Of a stretch of DNA of 64,000 nucleotides, positions 36,865 through 50,069 are shown one piece after another. The position numbers were made by a program, and so were the translations under genes. The notes beneath the pieces were generated by a model. That model ran no database searches and had not been told where the DNA came from. It saw nothing but the letters and a program-made list of their open reading frames with translations. Origin of the DNA: Malacoraja senta (Eukaryota); NCBI GenBank assembly GCA_038087875.1, contig JAXLNO010000446.1, forward strand, positions 186,001-250,000, in the 5' to 3' direction. Numbering within the stretch: the stretch's first letter is position 1; each line of letters begins with the position of its first letter.

Positions 36865-37605
36865 CTCGGTGACGGTGTTAGGCCAACAACCTCTCCCTCA
36901 ACATCAGCAAGACAAAGGAACTAGTTATTGACTTCTGGTAATGTGTGGAGTACTTGCCCCGATCAGCATCAATGGTGCGGATGTGGAAATGGTTCTTTGA
37001 TGTTAATATTACCAACCATCTGTCTTGGACCAACCCCATTGAAGTGACAACCAAGTAGGTACACTAATGCCTCTACTTCACAGGAGACTCCGGACGTTCG
37101 GTATGTCTCTAATGATTCTTCCAAACTTCTATCATTAGAGAAATCATAATGTCGGAGGTGGACACAAAACGCTGGAGTAACTCAGCGGGTGAGGCGGAAT
37201 CTCTGGAGAGAAGGAATGGGTGATGTTTCCGGTCGAGACCCTTCTTCACGTCATAATGTCGGGTTGCATCACTACTTGGTTTGGGAACAGTTCTGGCCAA
37301 GTCCGTGTAAAATTGCAGAGTTGTGGATGTAGCCCAGACCATCACACAGACCACACTCCCCACCATTGTAGATGTATCCCAGTCCATCACACAGACCACA
37401 CTCCCCACCATTGTAGATGTAGCCCAGTCCATCACACAGACCACACTCCCCACCATTGTAGATGTAGCCCTGTCCATCACACAGACCACACTCCCCACCA
37501 TTGTAGATGTAGCCCAGTCCATCACACACACCACACTCCCCACCATTGTAGATGTAGCCCAGTCCATCACACAGACCACACTCCCCACCATCGACTCCAT
37601 CTACA
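36865..37605 (+). mobile_element. Rex1/Babar-like LINE fragment with a nested pLTR insertion and a 45-bp tandem expansion
   Basis: aacaacctctccctcaacatcagcaagacaaaggaa (NNLSLNISKTKE). Insertion 37156-37250 is flanked by TSD tcataatgtcgg. Confidence 0.75.
37323..37592 (+). repeat. 6 x 45-bp tandem repeat derived from Rex-like coding sequence
   Basis: Unit gtagatgtagcccagtccatcacacagaccacactccccaccatt (VDVAQSITQTTLPTI). Confidence 0.95.
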
Positions 37606-39695
37606 GTCCTCTGCGGCTTCGGCATTCACCCTTTGTACAACTTTGATGAGGCCGTATTTGGAGAGTTGTGTGCAGTTCCATTCACCTCATTACAGGCAAT
37701 AGGTTCAGGAGTAGGCCATTCGGCCCTTCGAGCCAGCACCAGCATTCACTGTGATCATGGCTGATCATCCCCAATCAGTACCCTGTTCCTGCCTTCTCCC
37801 CATATCCCCTGACTCCGCTATCTTTAAGAGCCCTATCTAGCTCTCTCTTGAAAGCATCCAGAGAAGGATGTGGAGGCTTTTGGGAGAGTGCGGAAGAGGC
37901 TTACCGGAATGCCGCCTAGAATATCTGCAGGGAAAGGTTGGATAGACCGATTGTTTTCTCTGGAACTCCGGAGGTTGTATGGAGACCTGATAAAAGTATA
38001 TAAAATGATGAGAGGCTTAGTTTGGGTTGAGAGTCAGAACCTTTTTCCCAGGATGGAAATGTCAAATATGAAAAGGAACAGCATTAGGGTGAGAGGGGCA
38101 GAGTTCCGAGGAGATTGTGTTTCACACAGAGGGTGGCACATGCATGGACTGCGCTGCCAGGGGTGGTGGCGGCCACTCTTTGAACCGCCACAATGTAATC
38201 TACCGTTCCTACACCCCTCTTGTATTTGAGGACGCTGGCATCTATGTTAAGTAAGATTTTTACTAAACTGTATGCAAAAAAGGAATTTCACGGTACTTGG
38301 GTACATCATGAGGGAAATAGACAGGGTGAATGCAGAGAATCTTTTACCCAGAGTGGGGGAATCAAAAATTAGAGGGATAGGTTTAAGGTGAGAATCCTCA
38401 GCATTGCATCGAGCCATAAAGTCATACAGCATGGAAACTGGCCCTTCAGCCCAACTTCCCCATCTTGACCGCGATTCCTCATTTATGCTGGTCCTGACAT
38501 GCTTGTTTTTAGCCCTTACCCCTCTAAAAGTTTCCTATCCATGTACCTGTCCAAATGTCTGGTAAATGTTCTCATAGTACCAAATATTGTAGTGCATCAG
38601 TTCCATAGACAAAGTCCAACGTCCGCAATGGGGTAAAAGTGAGTCGGAAGTCTGGTCTCTGTGATGGGTCTTGCAATTGTAGGCAGAGCTGTTTCCAAAC
38701 CAAGCTGTTGAGCAACCCGACAATATTGGTTTTTATAGTGTATCTGTAAAAGTTTGTAAGAGTCACTGGAGACTTGTGTCAAATTTCTTCATTCTCCTGA
38801 GGAGGTAGAGTCGACCGTCTGCCCTCTTGGCTGTCACATCAATGTGGTTAGTCCACAATAGATCATCATTAATATTAACACCAAGAAACTTGAAGCTCTC
38901 AACCATTTACAATTCGGCACCTTTGATGCTGAACGTGGCATGTACTCCACCATGCTTCCTCAAGTTGATAACTAACTCCTTTGTCCTGCTGACTGAGGTT
39001 GTTGTCCTGATATTGATCTGATAAACGTGCATTATTTTTCATCGCAGCTAACCTGAAATCAGTGCCGTTATAGCATATGTGGCCATTGAACCAGAAATAA
39101 TTAGATAAAAGATCTGGCAGAAGAGAGGCTTTCGTTGGAATGAAATATAAACAAACAGGCTGCTTTGCAAAAGAGCAGGAAGTTAGAAAGGATTCAGGGA
39201 AGATTTGTGAGAGAGGGGATGTCACAAAAGCAGAGGCATGGGGTTTACACAGAAGAGATGGAGTATTGGAGCTAACTCTTACATCATTGGGAAAACACGC
39301 TGTCTGAAGAGAATGTTGAATATAAATAAGTATCCTGATTCAGACAACACAGCGCTGTCTCCTGGAGCAGACACAGAGCTGGGGAAATCGCTGATGAGAT
39401 ATTGGATTTGCAACCCTACCGGAATCCAATAAAGCCATCAAAGGGTGATGGGGGGAAGGGGGATATATGTGTTTGTATTAATTGGAGGAGTCGGGCCATG
39501 ATGCTTTCTTTCATCTAAATTACTCTGCTGATGGAAAGCTCAGTAATAACAAGCTTGAGTGATCTCCATCCAAGGAATCAACTTTCACTAATAAACTAAC
39601 ATGGCAGCATCGTAACTCTGTTAAAGAGATTATTATTATAACAGTTAGTTCTTCATTGCATCATGTTCTGGGCATGCGAGTGCAAGTGCTGAGCC

Positions 39696-42600
39696 TGTGT
39701 GAGGGGACATGAGGGGGACTGTGTGAGGTACTGTGTGAGGGGACATGAGGGGGACATGAGGGGAATGTGTGAGGGGACATGAGGGGGACTGTGAGGGGAC
39801 ATGAGGGGGACTGTGAGGCACTGTGAGGGGACATGAGGGGAATGTGTGAGGGGACTGTGTGAGGGGACATGAGGGGGACTGTGTGAGGGGGACATGAGGG
39901 GACATAGAAACATAGAAAATAGGTGCAGGAGTAGGCCATTCAGCCCTTCGAGCCTGCACCGCCATTCAATATGATCATGGCTGATCATCCAACTCAGTAT
40001 CCCGTACCTGCCTTCTCTCCATACCCCCTGATCCCTTTAGTCACAAGGGCCAAATCTAACTCCCTCTTAAATATAGCCAATGAACTGGCCTCAACTACCT
40101 TCTGTGGCAGAGAATTCCACAGATTCACCACTCTCTGTGTGAAAAATGTTTTTCTCATCTCGGTCCTAAAAGACTTCCCCCTAATCCTTAAACTGTGACC
40201 CATTGTTCTGGACTTCCCCAACATCGGGAACAATCTTCCTGCATCTAGCTTGTCCAACCCCTTAAGAATTCTAGCTAGTACAAGCCGAGTCTATCCAGTC
40301 TTTCTTCATATGAAAGTCCTGCCATCCCAGGAATCAGTCTGGTGAACCTTCTCTGTACTCCCTCTATGGCAAGAATGTCTTTCCCCAGATTAGGAGACCA
40401 AAACTGTACGCAATACTCCAGGTGTGGTCTCACCAAGACCCTGTACAACTGCAGTAGAACCTCCCTGCTCTTATACTCAAATCCTTTTGCTATGAATGCT
40501 AACATACCATTCGCTTTCTTCACTGCCTGCTGCACCTGCATGCCCACTTTCAATGAATGGTGTACCATGACACCCAGGTCTCGTTGCATCTCCCCTTTTA
40601 CAAATGGCCACCATTCAGATAATAGTCTACTTTCCTGTTTTTGCCACCAAAGTGGATAACCTCACATTTATCCACATTATACTGCATCTGCCATGCATTT
40701 GCCCACTCACCCAACCTATCCAAGTCACCTTGCAGCCTCCTAGCATCCTCCTCACAGCTAACACTGCCCCCCAGCTTCGTGTCATCCGCAAACTTGGAGA
40801 TGTTGCTTTCAATTCCCCCGTCCAAATCATTAATATATATTGTAAATAGCTGGGGTCCCAGCACTGAGCCTTGCGGTACCCCACTAGTCACTGCCTGCCA
40901 TTCTGAAAAGGACCTGTTTACTCCTACTCTTTGCTTCCTGTCTGCCAGCCAGTTCTCTATCCACATCAATACTGAACCCCCAATACCGTGTGCTTTAAGT
41001 TTGTATACTAATCTCTTATGTGGGACCTTTTCGAAAGCCTTCTGAAAGTCCAGATATATCACATCCACTGGTTCTCCCTTATCCACTCTACTAGTTATAT
41101 CCTCGAAAAATTCTATAAGATTCGTCAGACATGATTTACCTTTCGTAAATCCATGCTGAATTTGTCCAATGATTTCACCACTTTCCAAATGTGCTGCTAT
41201 CCCATCTTTAATAACTGACTCTAGCAGTTTCCCCACTACCGATGTTAGACTAACTGGTCTGTAATTCCCCATTTTCTCTCTCGCTCCCTTTTTAAAAAGT
41301 GGGGTTACATTAGCTACCCTCCAATCCTCAGGAACTACTCCAGAATCTAAAGAGTTTTGAGAAATTATCACTAATGCATCCACTATTTCTGGGGCTACTT
41401 CCTTAAGTACTCTGGGATGCAGCCTATCTGGCCCTGGGGATGTATCAGCCTTTAATCCATTCAATTTACCTAACACCACTTCCCGGCTAACCTGGATTTC
41501 ACTCAGTTGCTCCATCTCATTTGACCCCCGGTCCCCTGCTATTTCCGGCAGATTATTTATGTCTTCCTTAGTGAAGACAGAACCAAAGTAATTATTCAAT
41601 TGGTCTGCCGTGTCCTTGTTCCCCATGATCAATTCACCTGTTTCTGACTGCAAGGGACCTACATTTGTTTTAACTAATCTTTTTTTCTTCACATATCTAT
41701 AAAAACTTTTGCAGTCAGTTTTTATACTCCCTGCCAGTTTTGATTCATAACCTATTTTCCCTTTCCTAATTAAGCCCTTTGACCTCCTCTGCTGGACTGA
41801 ATTTCTCCCAGTCCTCTGGTAGGCTGCTTTTTAAGGCTAATTTGTATGCTTCATCTTCGCTGATTTATTCTTTTGCCAAACTGGGATGAACAATTGTTGT
41901 AGTTCATCCATGCAGCCTTTAAATGCCTTTCATTGCATACCCACCGTCAACCGTTTAAGAATCAATTGCCAGTCTATCTTGGCCAATTCACGTCTCATAC
42001 CCTCAAGGTTACCTTTCTTTATGTTCAGAACCCTTGTTTCTGAATTAATTATGTCACTCTCCATCCTAATGAAGAACTCAACCATATTATGGTCACTCTT
42101 GCCCAAGGGGCCACGCACAACAAGACTGCTAACTAACCCTTCCTCATTACTCAATACCCAGTCTAGAATAGCCTGCTCTCTCGTTGGTTCCTCTACATGT
42201 TGGTTTATAAAACTATCCAGCATACATTCCAAGAAATCCTCTTCCTCAGCACCCCTGCCAATTTGATTCACCCAATCTATATGTAGATTGAAGTCACCCA
42301 TTATAACTGTTTTACCTTTGTTGCACGCATTTCTAATTACCTGTTTGATGCCATCCCCAACTTCACTACTACTGTTAGGTGGCCTGTACACAACACCCAC
42401 TAACGATTTCTGCTCTACCCATATCGATTCCACATCCAAGCTAATGTCCTTCCTTTCTATTGCGTTAATCTCCTCTCTAACCAGCAACGCTACCCCACCT
42501 CCTTTTCCTTTCTGTCTATCCCTCCTGAATATTGAATATCCCTGGATGTTCAGCTCCCAGCCTTGGTCACCCTGGAGCCATGTCTCCGTGATCCCAACTA

Positions 42601-42710
42601 TATCACAGTCATTAATAACTATCTGCACATTCATGTGTGAGGGGACATGAGGGGACTGTGTGAGGGGACATGTGGGGGACTGTGTGCGGGGACATGAGGG
42701 GGACATGAGG
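39696..42710. repeat. G-rich minisatellite (tgtgaggggacatgagggggac)n split by a CR1 insertion
   Basis: Units at 39696-39905 and 42633-42710. Confidence 0.9.
39903..42632 (-). mobile_element. CR1 (HER1-like) LINE, APE + RT
   Basis: ORFs 41930-42793 (APE), 40598-41692 (RT, FADD), 40275-40589 and 39994-40257. Very similar to 27930-30930. Confidence 0.95.
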
Positions 42711-43289
42711 CTGAAGGGGACGTTTGCGAGTTTGTGTAGTGAATGTGCACAAGGTGAGTTGTTGGGGTTCCAGTGTACAAGGGCAGGCAACATTTAGTGG
42801 GGTACAGGCCAAACGTGGACAAATAATTTGGTTTAGTTTATTGCCATGCTTACCTTGGTATAGTGAAAAGCTTTTTGTTACGAGCTTTCCAGTCAGCAGA
42901 AAGTGTATACATGATTATAATCGAGCCGTCCACAGTGTACATGTATTGGAAAAGGGGAATAATGTGTAGTGCAAGTTACAGTTTCTGATTCCAAGACAGT
43001 GCCCAACCCAGGTTACTATCTGTGTGCTAGCCACAGAAGCAGATCTAAAAACTCATATAAAATCTCCCCACACTCTTAAAGCTCTACTCCGACAGCAACA
43101 TTTCTTACTTCATCCTTCATCGGACTTTGGGCTTACCTTGCACTAAATGTTATTCCCTTTTATATTCCCTTATCATACGCTGTAAATAATGCGATTGTAA
43201 TCATGTATTGTCTTTCTGCTGACTGGTTAGCACGCAACAAAAGCTTTTCACTGTACCTCGGTACACGTGACAATAAACTAAAGTTCAGC

Positions 43290-44310
43290 AAATCCTATTA
43301 AAGATAGTCCGAAGGTTTCCAATGAGGTAGATGGTAGCTCAGTTGGTGATGGGATGGTTCAGTTACCTGGTGACACACTTCTGTACCTCTTGCCTGATGG
43401 GAGAGGGGAGAAGAGGGAGTGGCCAGGGTGAGACTGGTTCTTGATTATGCTGCGGGCCTTGCCGAGGCAGCGTGAAGTGTAGATGAAGTCACTGGAAGGG
43501 AGGTTGGTTTGTGTGATGGTCTGGGCTACGTCCACGATTTCTTGTGGTCTTGGATGGAGCTGTCCTAAGCCCTCTAAGGAAGTAGAGGCATCTGTGTGCA
43601 TTGATGGCCAGTGGTTTGATATGGCTAGCCCAGGATACGTTGCTGATGATATTTACTCTTGGGAACTTGAAGCTTTCAACCATGTCTACTTTGGCACCAT
43701 CAATGTTTTGTAAGTAGGGTGTGTGAACCGCGTCACTTCCTGAAGTCCATAACTATCTCCTTTGTCTTGCTGACATTGGGAGAAAGGTTGTTGTCTCAAC
43801 ACCAGGTTCCCAATCTCCTCCCGGTATTCCATCTTGTCATTATTTGGTGGTGTCATCTGCCTGCACGTGATTTATAACACAGATAAATATGTAATAATTA
43901 ATCTTACAATAAATTAATAGTCAGTAGTGCGAGTTAACTAGATCATAATCGTGCAAAACCGGTCCGCAGAGTATCCAAAGGCACTGTCCATGGAAGATCA
44001 TAGTCGCTGAGGTTAGTGTGTTCAAGAACCTGATCATTACTGGGAAGAAGCCGTTCTTGAACCTGGACGTTACAGTTTTCAGGCTCCTGTACCTTCTTCT
44101 GATGGTAGCAGTGCGATGAGAGCGTGGCCAGGGTGGTGTGGGTCTCTGATGATGCTGGCTGCCCTTTTGAGGCAGCGACTCCTGTAGATCCCTTCGATGG
44201 TGGGGAGGTCAGTACCCATGATGGACCGGCCAGTGTCCACCACTCTCTGTAGATCCCTTCGATGGTGGGGAGGTGAGAACCTGTGATGGACCGGGCAGTG
44301 TTGACCACAA
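43290..44310 (-). mobile_element. Rex1/Babar-like LINE fragments (two subfamilies)
   Basis: VESFKF...; IVDVAQTITQT...SGKRYRS; VVNTARSITGSHLPTIEGIY. Confidence 0.7.
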
Positions 44311-44314
44311 TGAC

Positions 44315-44980
44315 ACTAAGGTCTGGGGAGCTGTGGCCCATAGACCAGGTCCAGCCCAGAAGGTCCAGGTCGCTTCCTGGAGACTGAGGACTCGCCCGCT
44401 CGGTAGGCCCGAATCGACCGCTGTGGATGGTGGAACCGCGACCCCTATCGGAGACCCGGAGGGTGGACCATGGACTAGCCTGCCACGGTCGGAGGACCCA
44501 CGGACCGGTACCGGCCTGGTAGGCCCGGCTCGCCCACCGTGGATTGACCCACGGGAACCCACCTGGAGGGCCGGTGAGCAGACCGGCTGCAGGAGAGAGT
44601 GCATGGCCTCGATGGGGGAAGTGGGCCCTGCTGGAGGCCCTGCAGCAGCCTGGACCTCCATTAGACCGGGTGCCTGGAGGCCCTGCTGCAGCCTGGGGCT
44701 GGGCTGGACCGGGCCCCACTCCCTGAGGCCGAGCATGTGTACAGCAGTGGAGCAGCGGCGGAGGACACCACGGTCAGGCCGACCCTGCAACGTCACCATG
44801 ACAACAGACCTTCATGGTCAGATCAAGATCCCTGCACTTGGGTACAACAACTGGGACTTGTAAACGGCCCCAAACTGGCGACTCTGTAAACTGTCTCAGT
44901 GTATTGCTGCTGTACACCTGTACTGTATCTGAGATGCTGATCTAAGATGTATCTACGTGCTTATGTATAGTGATACGTAG
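44315..44980 (+). repeat. Unclassified GC/CpG-rich interspersed-repeat-like segment
   Basis: Abrupt CpG-rich block between TE fragments; no recognisable protein. Confidence 0.35.
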
Positions 44981-45989
44981 GGAGTGCATAAGAAAGAACT
45001 GCAGATGTTGGTAAAATCGAAGGTAGACACAAAATGCTGGAGTAACTCAGCGGGTGAGGCAGTATCTTTGGAGAGAAGGAATGGCCAACGTTTCGGGTCG
45101 AGACCCTTACTGAACTGTTTACCATAAAGTACCATGTGCTGATAGCGTGGATTCAATTCATAGAACAAAGAAGAGTACAGTACATGAACAGGCCCTTCGA
45201 CCCACAACGTCCATGCTGAATATGATGCCAAGACTTGTGACTGTAAATGTATCTTGTATCTTGTATCTTGTCTACCCTATCTATGCCTCGCATACTTTTA
45301 TAAACTTCTATGTGGTCTCCTCTCAACCTCTGACGTTCCAGAGAAAACCATCCGTCTGTCCGACCTCTTTGAAATCCAGCAGCATTCTGGTAAACCTCCT
45401 CGACACCTCCTTTCAAATTAAACATAAGGAACTATGATGCAGTGTATTTTGGCAAAAGCAGATGGGTGAGTATACCATTTGTAATTAAGTTTTGAAAAAT
45501 ATCCCATTTAAACGTTTTCTTACTCAAAATGCACTCCATTGCACCCTTAACTTTCTTGCAGTATAAAAATGACTCATTAATAAAGTACTTTATTGACCAT
45601 GGAATGCATTGGCGCAACCTGAAAGGGAGAGAAAGTAACTAAATAGTATAATTTGTGTAAAATGGTCTGGTGAATGTTGTTAAATATTGTGTGGCACCGA
45701 GCCACAGAGGAAATATCAGGACACAAATAAAGCCTCTCTTGTAGCACTGTCTGCAGTTGTGGTCTCCAGCTTAAGGGGGCGTGTAATTAAGTTGGAAAGA
45801 GAGCAGAAGAGGTTCCTCCAGCAGCTCATTCCAGATACAGACTTCCCTCTAAGTGAAAAGACTGCTTCTTTAATTTCTCCCCTCTCACCGTGTGAAAAGC
45901 ATGAGGGCATGGAAGACTGATGAGTGAGAATTTTACACTTGTCCCACTCTGTAGCAGGCAACATTAGAACTGAAGAAAGCAAAACAATA

Positions 45990-47092
45990 GCTTGTGAGCA
46001 GTTTGGGGCCCCATATCTGAGAAGGGGTGTGCTGGCATTGGAGAGGGTCCAGAGGAAGTTTCTGAGAATGATCCCAGGGATGAGTGGGTTCACATATGAT
46101 GAGCGTTTGACTGCACTGGGCCTGTACTCGCTGGAGTTTAGAAGGATGAGGTGGGACCTCATTGGAACTCACCGAATAGTGAAAGGCTTGGATAGAGTGG
46201 ATGTGGGGAGGATGTTTCCACTAGTGGGAGAGTACAGGATTTATGGACATGAACGTTCTGCTGACTGAGAGAGAATGGAGACCATGTCAACATCTACCAT
46301 GATAGATTGAAACAAAGGATGAAGGAAGGAACAGAATGATTTGGAGCAGAAACAGTGACGAGGAGGTTTGGCAAATCATGTCATTTCACAGAAAGCACTG
46401 TCACTGAAAGTAAGCATGCAGGTACAGCAGGCAGTGAAGAAAGCCAATGGCATGTTGGCCTTCATAACAAGAGGAGTTGAGTATAGGAGCAAGGAGGTCC
46501 TGCTGCAGTTGTACAGAGCACTGGTGAGACCACACCTGGAGTATTGTGTGCAGTTTTCGTCCCTTAATTTGCGAAGGACATTCTTGCTATTGAGGGAGTG
46601 TAGCGCCAGTTCACCAGGTTTATTCCCGGGATGGCGGGACTGTCATATGATGAAAGAACGGATTGACTGGGCTAAAATTCACTGGAATTTAGAAGGATGA
46701 GACGGGATCTTATAGAAACATATTAAATTCTTAAGGGTTTGGACAGGCTAGATGCAGGAAATTTTTTCCCGATGTTGGGGGAGTCCAGAACCAGGGGTCA
46801 CAGTTTAAGAATAAGGGGTCAGCCATTTAGAACGGAGATAAGGAATCATTTTTTCACCCAGAGAGTTGCGAATCTGTGGAATTCTCTGCAACAGAAGGCA
46901 GTGGAGGCCGATTCAATGGATGCTTTCAAGAGAGAGTTGGATATAGCTCTTAGGGCTAAAGGAATCAAGGAATATGGGGTGAAAGCAGGAACGGGGTACT
47001 GATTCTGGATGATCACCCATGATCATATCGAATGCCGGTGTTGGCTCCAAGGGCCGAATGGCCTACTCCTGCACCCATTTGCTATGTTTCTA
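45990..47092 (+). mobile_element. Two CR1 LINE 3' fragments (45990-46240, 46400-47092)
   Basis: CEQFGAPYLRRGVLALERVQRKF; LKVSMQVQQAVKKANGMLAFI...GTGY. Confidence 0.85.
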
Positions 47093-47446
47093 AATCAACG
47101 AGATCACTGTGAACTTTGGCCCTAATTAAAGTCATCCATGTACCTGTCCAAATGTTTCTTAATCATTGTGATAGTACCTGCCTCATCTGCCTCCTCTAGC
47201 AGATCATCTCTATACTAAACTCTGATCTTGGATGTGTGTGTATTTGTGCGATGTTCGTGTGCGTTTCACATCTCCTCAAAAATCGCCTTATCTGAAAATG
47301 TCATGCATTATTTCTCGAGTTATTTATGAAAATGTTCACAAATCTCAAATAACTTGGAAAATAAACGAGATGGCCTCGCTGAAGATGTCACAATGGATCT
47401 GACTGCCTGCCGCTGCTTGCGCTGTGAGTGATGTCACCCCTGTTAT

Positions 47447-47766
47447 GTCACTTAGCGATTTTAAACTGCTGCTCAGGTCATGCTGCACGCTCCGCTAGAC
47501 TCCTTGAAGTTCTAGAACATGGCAGCGGCAGTCATTATCGCCGTGCGGGCGCGGGTGAGGGTGCGGATGGGAAGGTGGCCCTGGCGGCCATTACTCCTTC
47601 TGGGAGAGGCCGTCTATGGAGACCTGCGATTCCTCCGTCGATCGCAGGGACTCGGGGAATCGTGACGCATTTACCTCGCTGGTGATCCCGAACCCACCTG
47701 CCGATCTCTGGCTGTTACGGGGGATGACCTCCTCTAGGTCTCCCCCGCCCGATCATCTGTCACGCG
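47447..47766 (-). repeat. Second copy of the SR-rich fragment (homologous to 18491-18823)
   Basis: tgtcacttagcg...ctatggagacctgcgattcctccgtcgatcgc...cacgcg is shared. Confidence 0.9.
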
Positions 47767-48317
47767 GGAGCCATCACTGCTTTTGACTGTCCTCAGATCG
47801 GTCCCACCTGCTTAGCATCCGCGTGCCTGGTGGGGAGGCTGCTGCCGCGGGCCGAGCCTGGCTCGACGCCCGCCCACGGACTCCCTCGAGTCCATGTCCG
47901 CCCGCAGCATCCCTCGGCCGACGCACGCCCATGGCCTCGCTCGGGTCCATACCCACGCGCAGCATCCCTCGGGCCCGGCGCCTGGCGGGGAGGCTACTGC
48001 TCTACAACCTGGGTAGGTTTTATATGTTTTTATAAGATACCCTCTCATCCTGTGAATATAAGCCCAGTCGATCCATTCTTTCATCATATGTCAGTCCCGC
48101 CATCCCGGGAATTAACCTTGTAAACCTACGCTGCACTCCCTCAATAGCAAGAATGTCCTTCCTCAAATTAGGGGACCAAAACTGCACACAATACTCCAGG
48201 TGTGATCTCACTAGGGCCACAGTGTCTGTGCTGAACATGATGCCAAGAAAAGCCCTTATCTGCTGGCATATAATTCATACCCTTTTATTCTTTGCATATC
48301 GATGTGTCTATCATTGT

Positions 48318-48640
48318 CGGGCGGTCACAGTGGCACAGCGGTAGATATGCTTCCTTACAGCGAATGCAGCGCCGGAGACCCGGGTTTGATCCCGACTACG
48401 GGTGCTGTCTGTACGGAGTTTGTACGTTCTCCCCATGACCTGCATGGGTTTTCTCCGAGATCTTCGGTTTCCTCCCGCACTCCAAAGACGTACAGGTTTG
48501 TAGGTTAATTGGCTTGGTAAATGTAAAAATTGTCCCTAGTGGGTGTAGGATAGTGTAGATGTGCGGGGATCGCTGGTCGGCGCGAACCCGGTGGGCCGAA
48601 GGGCCCGTTTCCGCGCTGTATCACTGAACTAAACTAAACT
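48318..48640 (+). mobile_element. Full-length tRNA-derived V-SINE (HE1-like)
   Basis: A box (tggcacagcgg), B box (ggtttgatccc), V-domain ggtttcctcccgcactccaaagac, CR1-like tail gggccgaagggcc, (actaa)n end. Confidence 0.85.
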
Positions 48641-49502
48641 ATCCAAAAGTCTCTTAAATGGCACTATCATATATCTGCCTCCATCACTACCCCTGGCAGC
48701 ACTTTCCAGGCACCCACCACCCTCTAAAAATGAACTGTTAAAAACTTGCCCCACACATCTCCTTTAAACTGCCCCTCTTACCTTAATATTATAAAAGTCC
48801 GTTCAAGTTCACATTTGTTGGCACATGCACCAGTTAAGGTAGAGTGGAATTTGATTTAGCATACAGCCATACAAACAAAAACACAATACACAATAGAATA
48901 CATGAACATCCACCACAGTGGAATCAACATTCTTCACTGTGGTGGAAGGCAATAACGTTCAGTCAGACTCCCTCCTTTGTTTAAGGGCATGGAAGACTGG
49001 AGAATGGAATATGTCCTGTCGTATTTGATTTCTCCACCCTGGGAAAAAAGGTTCTGACTCTCTACCCTATCTATGCCTCTCATTATCTTACCTGCTTCTA
49101 ACAGGTCTCCTCTCAACCTCTGACGTTCCCGAGAAAACAATTCAAGTCTGTCCAACCTCTCCCTGTATCTAATACCCTCTAATCCAAGTGTCATTCTGGT
49201 AAACCTCCTCTGCACACTTTCCAAAGTCTCCGCATCCATACAGTGTCTACATTTCCCATCATTAATTTCTGTGCTTATCATAAAATTAGATCGTATTAAA
49301 TGGAAAGTGATGACTTTGTCTTGGCTGCAAGATACCAAGAGGACTTGAATCCTGCCAATCCTGTTGGAATGTAAGCATTGCCATTGGATATCTAAACAAG
49401 CCTCTGAAAGCTTACTAAATATGAAGATTTGTGCCACTAAAATCAGCAAGGGATTTGGCACTGAGCTCAAGGGTGTTTGGGTTGGAGTGGCTGGAACCAC
49501 TG

Positions 49503-49890
49503 GTAGACAATAGACAATAGACAATAGGTGCAGGAGTAGGCCATTTGGCCCTTCGAGCCAGCACTGCCATTCAATAGACAATAGACAATAGGTGCAGGAG
49601 TAGGCCATTCGGCCCTTCGAGCCAGCACCGCCATTCAATGTGATCATGGCTGATCATCCACAATCAGTACCCCATTCTTGCCTTCTTCCCATATCCCCTG
49701 ACTCCGCTATCTTTAAGAGCCATATCTAGCTCTTTCTTGAAAGTATCCAGAGAACCGGCCTCCACTACCCTCTGTGGCAGAGAATTCCACAGACTCACAA
49801 CTCTCTGTGTGAAAAAGTGTTTCCTCGTCTCCGTTCTAAATGGCTTACTCCTTATTCTTAAACTGTGGCCCCTGGTTCTGGACTCCCCCA
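49503..49890 (-). mobile_element. CR1 LINE 3' fragment with duplicated tail
   Basis: GESRTRGHSLRIRSKPF; the tail (aatagac)n+ggtgcaggagtaggcc occurs twice (49503, 49572). Confidence 0.85.
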
Positions 49891-50069
49891 ATGGTGAGGA
49901 GTGTGGTCTGTGTGATGGACTGGGCTACATCTACAATGGTGGGGAGTGTGGTCTGTGTGATGGACTGGGCTACATCTACAATGGCGGGGAGTGTGGTCTG
50001 TGTGATGGACTGGGCTACATCTACAATGGTGGGGAGTGTGGTCTGTGTGATGGACTGGGATACATCTAC
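49890..50069 (-). repeat. 4 x 45-bp tandem repeat, same unit as 37323-37592
   Basis: ORF 49845-50174 (VDVAQSITQTTLPTI)x4, preceded by Rex-like GNSSAQDRKKLQRV. Confidence 0.93.

Noticed and set aside
37109..37702. Cys/His-rich repeat proteins (GECGLCDG, HHCRCSPV)
   Set aside because: Alternative-frame translations of the 45-bp tandem repeat.
43943..44863. Overlapping 196-258 aa ORFs as a gene
   Set aside because: GC-rich sequence open in several frames, with no domain, running into Rex fragments.
48318..48400. tRNA gene
   Set aside because: It is the tRNA-derived head of a V-SINE, continuous with the SINE body and tail.
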